Assembly (NCBI GenBank): GCA_036267635.1
Contig: DATAVR010000017.1
Coordinates: forward strand, 2,912 to 66,911
Reading direction: 5' to 3'
Length of the DNA stretch: 64,000 nucleotides
From: Polyangia bacterium
GTDB lineage: Bacteria; Myxococcota_A; Polyangia; Fen-1088
Made by a program: the position numbers and the translations under genes. The notes below the pieces were generated by a model. The model saw only the letters and a program-made list of their open reading frames with translations. It was not told the origin of the DNA and searched no databases. Below, piece after piece: positions 56,840 through 64,000 of the stretch. Positions within the stretch are counted from its first letter, which is position 1; every line of letters starts with the position of its first letter.

Positions 56840-58414
56840 TTAGTTGTTGCCGTGGGGGAAGAAGCTGTCGTCGTAGGAGAACTCGGTGTAGCGGTCGAAG
56901 CCGATCGCCAGCAAGAGATTGACGGCCACGGCCACCACCACGAGCGCGCGGAACAGCTTCGTCAGTGGGCGGTTGCCGACGGCCAGCAACACCATGAAGT
57001 AGATCATGTAGTCGAGGCTAAAACGATAGCCCCACTGCACGTAGCCGGAGTTCTGATAGAGCAGCGACGGGAGCGCGGTCGTGAGGATGGTGATCCAGAG
57101 CGCCTTGGTGAGCGGGCTCCGCTCCTGCGGCATCACGGTGTAGGCGAGGTTGGGCGAAGTGACGAGCAGGCTCATCCCGTGCTGGCTCACCTTCACGTAC
57201 GGGTAGCGGGTCATGATGCGCGGCAGGAGCACCAGCGCGGCGGCCAGGTTGCGCGACAAGAAGTGGTAGTTGAAGAGGCCGAAGCGAAACATCCGATCTT
57301 GCCACTGGACCGGCATGAACTTGTGCCCGAACTCGAACGGGTTCTGGAAGCGCGCGTAGTTGTAGACGGCCAGCGCCGCGCCGCCGGCGGCGATGGGGGC
57401 CGCGAACTTCAGCAGTGAGGAGAACAGCGCGCGGCGCGACTTCGGATCGCGCAGACCGTCGCGGCCACCGACGGCGCGCACCGCCTCGAACAGGAACAGC
57501 GGCAGGACCACCCAGGGCGGGCGGGTGGCGAAGCCGAGCGCCACACAGATCCCCGCCAGCACCGGCCGACGCGCCTCGATCGACGCCCAGACGTAGCCGA
57601 TCGACAGCGTGACGGCGACGATCTGGGCGGTGAACCAGACCTCCCCGACGACGGAGCAGAAGTAGTAGACCGATCCCACGCCGAACATGGCGGTCAGCCA
57701 CAGATCGTCGACCTCGCTCCGGCGAGAGAGCCCGCGGGTCCGCAGCGCGCGCAGCAGCAGGAACAGCAGCATCGGGTTGATGGCCGCCCAGAGCGCGGTG
57801 AACAGCACGTCGTTGAAGTGCAGCCCCCAGACCGCCACGAACGGCAACAGCGGGACCGCCGGGAACGGCGGGAACGAGACCAGACGGACCGTCGACCGCG
57901 AGACGATCTCGGCCGCCGGGATGGTGTAGGGCTGGCCGCGCAGCGGGTAGAGGCGGTCGGCCGGGCCGCCGATGCGCCCCCCGCCGTAGATCCCGCGTAC
58001 CTCGCGGCCGCCCTTCAGCTCGAGGACGTCGATCTTCGCCCAGTCGTTTTCGTTGGGCGGCGGCCCCGCGAGGGTCAGCCGGCCATGCAGCCAGCCGTCG
58101 GCGAGGTAGACGTAGTGGTTGTACTGCGAGTGCGTGCGCAACCTGCCACCCGACGCGCCCAGGAAGGCCCCGGCGAAGGCCACATAGACGACCAAGGCGC
58201 CCCGCCACCCGCGCAAGAGACGCGAGAGCCGCGAGGCCGGCGGCCCGTCCGGCGGCGGGGCCAGCGGCGAGGCCGGCGGAGGGGCCGGCGGATCGACCGC
58301 CGCCTTCGTCAGCGGCGCGTCGGCGGGCGGGGCCGCGGCGGACGCCGCCTCGGGAGGTCCCGCGCTCAACGCGCGCCCGGCCTGGGAAGCTTCGCCATCG
58401 CTCTTTTTGTACAT
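56840..58414 (-). CDS. Polytopic membrane protein, GT-C-fold glycosyltransferase-like
   Basis: H...LAD.WL.G.L, S.PP.PA....PFV, WF.AQ, A..TRP, YN..RF..P.EFG, GLF...F..RN, GY.Q.GYRF.LDY; start MYKK at 58414 is uncertain. Confidence 0.72.
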   Translation of the reverse strand: MYKKSDGEASQAGRALSAGPPEAASAAAPPADAPLTKAAVDPPAPPPASPLAPPPDGPPASRLSRLLRGWRGALVVYVAFAGAFLGASGGRLRTHSQYNHYVYLADGWLHGRLTLAGPPPNENDWAKIDVLELKGGREVRGIYGGGRIGGPADRLYPLRGQPYTIPAAEIVSRSTVRLVSFPPFPAVPLLPFVAVWGLHFNDVLFTALWAAINPMLLFLLLRALRTRGLSRRSEVDDLWLTAMFGVGSVYYFCSVVGEVWFTAQIVAVTLSIGYVWASIEARRPVLAGICVALGFATRPPWVVLPLFLFEAVRAVGGRDGLRDPKSRRALFSSLLKFAAPIAAGGAALAVYNYARFQNPFEFGHKFMPVQWQDRMFRFGLFNYHFLSRNLAAALVLLPRIMTRYPYVKVSQHGMSLLVTSPNLAYTVMPQERSPLTKALWITILTTALPSLLYQNSGYVQWGYRFSLDYMIYFMVLLAVGNRPLTKLFRALVVVAVAVNLLLAIGFDRYTEFSYDDSFFPHGNN

Positions 58415-58445
58415 CGAGATCGCAGCCGAGAGAACGCCCCGATCG

Positions 58446-60062
58446 TCACCGAGGTGGCCGACGGTAGACGGTGACCATCGGCACGCCGTCCAGGGTGAGG
58501 ATCCGGATCGGCGTCGCCGTACCGTAGGAGTTCCAGATCCACTGCTCGATCTTGGCGAAGTGGAGCTCGGGGATGACGAGGGCCAGCCGGGAGGCGGAGA
58601 TCCCCTGCTCTTCCCACCCGGTGTCGCCACCGAAATCTTTGCGCAGGAGCCCCTGCTGCTTGTAGGTCGCCACCGACTCGTAGTTGGTGTCGTGCCAGTA
58701 GATCTGGGTGCCGACTGGGAGCGTCTCGTTCATCCAGGGGAGCAGCGGGCGCACCGGGTAACCCCAGAACTGGCGCAGCATTCCGTGGTCGGCGGCGCCG
58801 GGGACGCCGCCAGCCAGCGCCGAGTACTGCGCCAGGCCGAACGGATGCGCGTGCCAGGCGTCGACCACCCCCGGCGCGGCCGCCAGGGCGATCACCAGCG
58901 CGGCGAGCGGCCGGCGCAGCCCTTCGGTGGCGCGCGCCAGCGCCACGCCCGCGAACAGCGCCAGGAACGGCATCGCGTTGATCCAGTGCTTCGTGCCGCC
59001 GAAGATCGGCGTCTTGGGCCGTGCGATGATGAGCAGCGGAACCAGGAAGTTGAGGCCCCAGAGCAAGGCGATCTGGTAGCGCGCGCGCGCGCGCCAGACG
59101 AGCACGAGACCGGCAAGGCCCAGTAATAGCGTCACCAGCGGCGTGGTGAACGCCGTCAACACAAACGCGTAGCTCGCCGGTCCCGGCGGCCGGTTGTAGT
59201 TCTTCCCGAAGTAGGCGGTGTTGTAATAATGGTGGTGCAGGTGAAAGCTGAGGTACTGGCCGAGCCGCGAGAAGGTGTCGGTCCAGACCCAGGGCCAGTG
59301 GCCGATCAGGATCAGCGGCCCGCCGATGGCCATCGCCACGAAGACCCAGAAGCTCCGGCGATCGCCGCGGCCCACCGAGACGTGGACCAGCCAGTGCACG
59401 AACAGGATGGGCGGCAGGAAAAACGCGTTCAGCTTCGTCGCCAGCGCCACCCCGTAAAAGAGGCCGCAGACGATGAAGCGCGAGAGCCGCGGCTCCCGCA
59501 GCGCGCGCCAGTAGGCCCAGACGACCGCCAGCCCGGTGGTCGCCACGGCGGTGTCGAAGGCGGCGAGCTGCGCGTGAAAGAAGACGCGCGGCAGCGCCGC
59601 GTAGAGCAGCGCCGCGCAAAGGCCAGCGCGGCGTGAATCGACCTCGGTCCCGAACAGGTAGCAGAAGCCGACCGCCAGCGCCGAGATGACGATCCCCGGC
59701 AGTCGAAATCCGGTCGAGATGCTCACCAGGCCCAACCGCTCGTGCAGGAGTGCCTCGGAGGCGCCGAACAGCATTTTCATGAACGCCGGATGCTCGAAGT
59801 TGCCGCCGAAATGCTGATCGATGCTGGAGATCTTCAGCGCGGCGCTGGGATTCCGGAAGAGCTCCGCGATCCACTCCCAGGCCAGGCGCCCGAAGTGAAA
59901 GTAGAACCCCTCGTCGCGCGCGAAACCGGTGCCGCGCTGGGCGATGAGCAGGAAGATCATCCAGATCACCGACAGGCCGAGCGCGATCGCGTAATCGCTG
60001 CGTAGAGCGCGGGCGAGCATTCGAGCGAGCGAGCGAGCGGGCCGGACCGACCGGTCGGTCAT
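58446..60062 (-). CDS. ArnT/PMT-like (GT39/GT83-type) GT-C glycosyltransferase
   Basis: DEGFY acidic first-loop motif, EHP...K, R.P, P..F.H......D, G.AL.TK.N, many TM helices. Confidence 0.83.
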   Translation of the reverse strand: MTDRSVRPARSLARMLARALRSDYAIALGLSVIWMIFLLIAQRGTGFARDEGFYFHFGRLAWEWIAELFRNPSAALKISSIDQHFGGNFEHPAFMKMLFGASEALLHERLGLVSISTGFRLPGIVISALAVGFCYLFGTEVDSRRAGLCAALLYAALPRVFFHAQLAAFDTAVATTGLAVVWAYWRALREPRLSRFIVCGLFYGVALATKLNAFFLPPILFVHWLVHVSVGRGDRRSFWVFVAMAIGGPLILIGHWPWVWTDTFSRLGQYLSFHLHHHYYNTAYFGKNYNRPPGPASYAFVLTAFTTPLVTLLLGLAGLVLVWRARARYQIALLWGLNFLVPLLIIARPKTPIFGGTKHWINAMPFLALFAGVALARATEGLRRPLAALVIALAAAPGVVDAWHAHPFGLAQYSALAGGVPGAADHGMLRQFWGYPVRPLLPWMNETLPVGTQIYWHDTNYESVATYKQQGLLRKDFGGDTGWEEQGISASRLALVIPELHFAKIEQWIWNSYGTATPIRILTLDGVPMVTVYRRPPR

Positions 60063-60799
60063 TGGTGCACCTCGGCGTGAAAGCAGAAGGTGCGCGAGCG
60101 CGGACGGGCGGCGGTCAGATGGAACTGGACGCTCGCCGGGTGCCCCGCGAAGCGCGCGGTGTCGAGCGCCACCCGCCGCCAGCCGTCGTTGTCGAAGCTC
60201 TGGTCGGAGAGCCGCTCACCGTCGATCGACGTCTCCAGGGTCACCGGCGCGTCGCTGTCGTAACGCGACTGAAAATCCGCGATGCCACCGCCCACCGCGA
60301 TCGAGGCGCCCATCGGGACATCCTTGAAGGTGAGCGTCTCGCCAGGGCGCGCGGGCAGACAGAGGTAGGGAAGGAAGTCGATCTCGCCGACGTGACGCCG
60401 CTCGGGCATCGCGGCCGTGAAGTCGAACAGGACCTTCGCCGCGGGGCGCTCGATGCGGCGGACGCGCACGCGCCCGAACGACCGATCGTCGGTGACCTGG
60501 CCGACGGCCTCCGGATACCGGGCGCCGCGGATCGAGACCTCCCAGAGGCGCGCCTGGCGTGAGCGATCCGGGCGGGCGGCCTCCTCGACGGAGACGAGAT
60601 CGCCAAAGTGAAGGCGCCCGATCGGATCGACCCAGTGCGGGGCGAAGACGATGCCGTCGCCCGGCTGCACCTGCGCGCGCACGTAGGCCGCGGCCGCGTC
60701 CCAACTGGCCTCCGACGGCACGTGCAGATAGATGGCGGTCTGGACACCCACCTCGGCCAAGCCGGCCAGCGCCACGCAGAGGGCGAACGCCCGCTTCAC
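60059..60799 (-). CDS. Membrane-anchored periplasmic protein of the glycosylation cluster
   Basis: N-terminal TM, W..A...V.....PGD.I...P.W motif and C-terminal beta-sandwich-like part resembling the tail of the upstream gene; GTG overlaps the upstream TGA. Confidence 0.65.
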   Translation of the reverse strand: MKRAFALCVALAGLAEVGVQTAIYLHVPSEASWDAAAAYVRAQVQPGDGIVFAPHWVDPIGRLHFGDLVSVEEAARPDRSRQARLWEVSIRGARYPEAVGQVTDDRSFGRVRVRRIERPAAKVLFDFTAAMPERRHVGEIDFLPYLCLPARPGETLTFKDVPMGASIAVGGGIADFQSRYDSDAPVTLETSIDGERLSDQSFDNDGWRRVALDTARFAGHPASVQFHLTAARPRSRTFCFHAEVHQ

Positions 60800-63255
60800 C
60801 GCACCTCCGCATCGAAGCAGAGGTCGCGCGCATTGTCGCGCGGCGCGGAGATCGTGAAGCTGACGTCTCCGGGTCGGCCCGTCCCGGGAGCGCGCGGCAG
60901 CGCGAACGAGAACCACCCCTTGCGGTTCGGCTGCATGCCGCTTTCGGCCGCCGCGCCGTCCTGGGCGACGTCGATCCGGATCGAGGCGCCTGCCCGATCC
61001 TGGTCGACGGCGGGATCGAAGAGGCCATGGTGAACCACCAGCTCGCGTCCGCGGGGGACGTCGGGGAACGTCACCGTCAAGGGCACGCCGGCCGTCGGGT
61101 GGGCCCAGACGCAAGAGCGCCGGACGCCGCCGATCCGGCCGTGCGTCCGCCCGACGTAGCTCCAACCAGGAGCTCCGCACTGCAACCGCGATCCCGCTTG
61201 GAGGCATGGGCTGTCGCCGAGGCTGGCGCGGGCCGACGAGACCTGCTCGACCGCCTGCCAGACCGGCCGCGCCGGGCGCTTCGCCAGGCGCAGCAGCGGA
61301 ACGAGCAGCATCACCGCGACGACCCCCACGACGAGCGCGCGTTCGAGCTGCGCTGCGTGTAGGGCGGGCACGCGGGCCAACAAGCGATCGAGCGTCGGCT
61401 GGGAGGCGACCAGCATGAACCCGATGATGAGCAGCGCCCCGAGCGAGATCAGTCGGCCGAGCACGTCGGCGGCACGGGAGACGAAATCGACCTCCAGCAG
61501 GTGCCCGTTCGCCGGGACCTCCATGAAGATCGGCTCGGCGGCGAGCGCGACGGTGCGGATCGGGACCTCTCGCCCGTCGAGCCGCGCGCGCCAGGACGGG
61601 TAGGCCGCGACGTGCAGCACCAGGCGGCTCGCGCCGTCGGTTCCGCTGAGCGCAATCCGCACGTGCTCGGGATCGAAGCGCTCGACCTCGACCTGCCCCG
61701 CCCCTTCCAACGTGAAGCGGTCGGGGCTGTAGCCGGTGAACCGATAGACGGCAATCGAGCCAAAGCGCTCTGCGAGTTGGAGATTGGGATCGCCGAGCCC
61801 CCCGCGGACCACCACCCACTTCACGCCGAGGACCCGGTAGAGATCGTCGTTCGCCTGGTCGGGCTTGTGGACGAAGTTGGCGGCCGGGGTGAAGCCGACC
61901 TTGTAGGCCGGCGTGTCGTTCTCGATCGGTGCGGCGGCGAAGTAGTGATCGTTGTAGGGGGCGACGTAAGCGATTCGATAGAAGGGGCCCGGCTTGGCGC
62001 GCTCGGCGCGCGACCAGTCGAGGAACTCCCGGTAGGCGTGCGCCTCACCGAGCCCCTCGCGCGTCACCAGCCTCGGATAGCGCGCCTCGTGGGCGACCAG
62101 CAGCGGCGCCACGATCAGCGAAACCCAGCCGACGAGGCGCAGCCAGCCACCCCAGCTTGGCGCCAGCGACCAGGCGGCGAGCGCGAACAGGCAGGCCTTC
62201 GCCGGCGCCACCAGGCGCTGGTACTGGATCCGCCCCAGCGACGGCGAGATTCGCTCCAGCATCGAAGTGGTGTCGGTGGAGGCGATCGTCAACGTGAGCA
62301 GCGCGAAGGCGCCCAGGAAGATCGGCCAACGCTCGCGGCGCAGAAGGCCGATCGCCAGCCCGGCCAGCGACAGCCAGACCAGCGGCGGCGGAACGTTCTG
62401 GAAAACGTTCCCGCGCCAGAGCCCCTCGCCGATCGCCGCCAGCGAGCGAAACGGATCTCCGTACGCCGCCATGAACCCCGACCGCGCGGCGAAGGGGATG
62501 GTGAACAGCGCCGCCATCCCCCATCCGAGCGCGGCGACGCCAACCGAGCGGCCGACCGCGCGCAAGATCGGCGTCCGCGGCTCGCCGAGGCCCAGGCACC
62601 GGAGCGCGATCAAGATCGGCAGCGCGATCCCCAGGCTCACCAGCGACAGTGGATGGCAGAGCAGCGAGAAACCGAACGCGGCGGCCGCCTTCCCGGCGTC
62701 GCGGGGGCGGCCCGAGCCAATCGCCTCGTCGAGCCAGGTCAGCCCGACCAGGAGCGCCGACGACGACAGCTGCTGCGGCCAGACGCCCCAGTAGACGCTG
62801 TAGACGAACCCCCCTTCGCGGTACTCGCCGCAGTCGAGGACGAAGAGCAAGGCCGCCAAAAGCGCCGCGACAGGACCCAGGCGGCGAGCCACGCGCCAGA
62901 TGCAGAGCGCGCTGACCACGTACATCGCAAAGATCCCGAACGCATAGGTCGCCTCCCAGGAGAACGGGAAGGTCAGGAAGCGCGCCGCGGCCAGCCACCA
63001 GTCGGCACCCGGCGGGTAGTCCTGCCCGGCCGGCCACCCCGCGAACCAGTAGTCGCTCCAGCCGGTGAGGTGGCCACGGGCCAGCTCCTTCGTGAAGAAG
63101 TGCCAGGCGCGGAACATGTGGACCGTGTGGTCCTGGGACAGCACCGGCTGGCCGGTCGGGACCGGCCACAGCAGCCAGGCGATCACCCCCGCCAGGACGA
63201 GGGCGGCGAGGAGCGGCCGTGCGAGCCAGGCTCGGAGCCGTTCATCGAACCGCAT
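60796..63255 (-). CDS. GT-C membrane protein (6-pyruvoyl-tetrahydropterin synthase-related / YfhO-like)
   Basis: DH.VH, WS..W.AG.P....YPP, G.W.Q..S, YfhO-like C-terminal L......YP.W.A..DG....I......FM.V. Confidence 0.8.
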   Translation of the reverse strand: MRFDERLRAWLARPLLAALVLAGVIAWLLWPVPTGQPVLSQDHTVHMFRAWHFFTKELARGHLTGWSDYWFAGWPAGQDYPPGADWWLAAARFLTFPFSWEATYAFGIFAMYVVSALCIWRVARRLGPVAALLAALLFVLDCGEYREGGFVYSVYWGVWPQQLSSSALLVGLTWLDEAIGSGRPRDAGKAAAAFGFSLLCHPLSLVSLGIALPILIALRCLGLGEPRTPILRAVGRSVGVAALGWGMAALFTIPFAARSGFMAAYGDPFRSLAAIGEGLWRGNVFQNVPPPLVWLSLAGLAIGLLRRERWPIFLGAFALLTLTIASTDTTSMLERISPSLGRIQYQRLVAPAKACLFALAAWSLAPSWGGWLRLVGWVSLIVAPLLVAHEARYPRLVTREGLGEAHAYREFLDWSRAERAKPGPFYRIAYVAPYNDHYFAAAPIENDTPAYKVGFTPAANFVHKPDQANDDLYRVLGVKWVVVRGGLGDPNLQLAERFGSIAVYRFTGYSPDRFTLEGAGQVEVERFDPEHVRIALSGTDGASRLVLHVAAYPSWRARLDGREVPIRTVALAAEPIFMEVPANGHLLEVDFVSRAADVLGRLISLGALLIIGFMLVASQPTLDRLLARVPALHAAQLERALVVGVVAVMLLVPLLRLAKRPARPVWQAVEQVSSARASLGDSPCLQAGSRLQCGAPGWSYVGRTHGRIGGVRRSCVWAHPTAGVPLTVTFPDVPRGRELVVHHGLFDPAVDQDRAGASIRIDVAQDGAAAESGMQPNRKGWFSFALPRAPGTGRPGDVSFTISAPRDNARDLCFDAEVR

Positions 63256-63412
63256 GCGGCGGGAAATCTAGCCCGGATCCCCCACGCCGTCACGCGACGG
63301 CCAGCCGTACCTTGCTCAGACGCGACCAACCCCGAGCAGAGCCCGCAGGGCCGGGCCCAGAGCGGAACCGGGAGTTTGACATACTCGACAAGATATCGGA
63401 CAGAAGTTACCG

Positions 63413-63970
63413 ATGGGTGATCAAGGTTCGGAGGGGCTGTTCTCGCCATTTCTCCGGCGGAGGCGGGTGGAGGCTGTTCGGAGTCTCCTGGATGATCGTG
63501 TGCTCGATTTTGGATGCGGGACCGGGAAGCTGGCCGAATTGTGCGACCCATCGCAATACTGCGGCGTGGACATAAGCGACGCCGCGCTGGACTTGGCTCG
63601 CCGGAACCATCCCCACCATAGGTTCGCAAAAGAATTGCCAGAGGCAGAGGTGTTCGACACCATCGTCGGCTTGGCTGTCATCGAGCACGTCAAACAGCCC
63701 GCAAGTTTGCTGGAGCGATTCCGCAAGCTGGTGACTGCCGAGGGCCAACTGATACTGACGACTCCTCATCCAACTTTCGGGTTGGTTCACGATTTCGGAG
63801 CCATGCTGGGACTCTTCAGCAAAGAAGCGAGCGATGAGCATGAAACGCTTCTGGACCGGGAGCTCATGCTGGCGATTGCGCGCACATCGGGCTGGAATTT
63901 GGTCTCAGCGCATCGATTCCTCTTCGGCGCAAACCAGGTTTTTGTTTTGCATCCGACCTCAGATCCGTAG
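63413..63970 (+). CDS. Class I SAM-dependent methyltransferase (lower GC)
   Basis: VLDFGCGTG, GVDIS, FD.I..LAVIEHV, G.LI.TTP. Confidence 0.85.
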   Translation: MGDQGSEGLFSPFLRRRRVEAVRSLLDDRVLDFGCGTGKLAELCDPSQYCGVDISDAALDLARRNHPHHRFAKELPEAEVFDTIVGLAVIEHVKQPASLLERFRKLVTAEGQLILTTPHPTFGLVHDFGAMLGLFSKEASDEHETLLDRELMLAIARTSGWNLVSAHRFLFGANQVFVLHPTSDP

Positions 63971-64000
63971 CAACTGAACCGAACCCGTGGTTTGAGAATC

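Noticed and set aside
63376-63404. sigma70 promoter for the methyltransferase (TTGACA at 63376)
   Set aside because: No acceptable -10 hexamer at 16-18 bp spacing.

Overview
High-GC (roughly 70% by eye) chromosomal segment. Its gene content points to an uncultured Myxococcota/Polyangia-like bacterium: many Cys-rich and Gly-linker lipoproteins, Ser/Thr kinases, AgmX/PglI and DUF4388-type domains, and a Myxococcales-type ECF sigma factor. About 58 CDSs are supportable. Housekeeping genes include thyX, a stand-alone rplC beside rlmE, hemE-hemH-hemG/Y, carB-greA, hup, an RluA-family synthase and a YqeY-domain protein. No tRNA, rRNA, CRISPR array or mobile element was seen. The top candidate for an undescribed system is the 9-gene sulfur-carrier operon at 20088-26062 (cysK, E1-like, thrC-like, MoaD/CysO-like carrier, second E1-like, cysM, JAB/Mec). 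Its two ThiF/MoeB paralogs carry complementary halves of the active site: one has all catalytic motifs but lacks the N-terminal RYxRQ arginine-finger helix, while the other keeps only that helix and the dimer helix. This suggests a bacterial heterodimeric E1 organised like eukaryotic Aos1/Uba2. Other highlights: a 1665-aa lipoprotein (PQQ-type propeller, c-type heme, five 24-Cys repeats, CBM), an Lgt paralog coupled to a protein with both a lipobox and a MYXO-CTERM-like tail, an orphan L3 with its own sigma70 promoter, apparent widespread leaderless transcription, a GT-C glycosyltransferase cluster and a hairpin-rich intergenic region. All family assignments come from motif recognition, not database searches.
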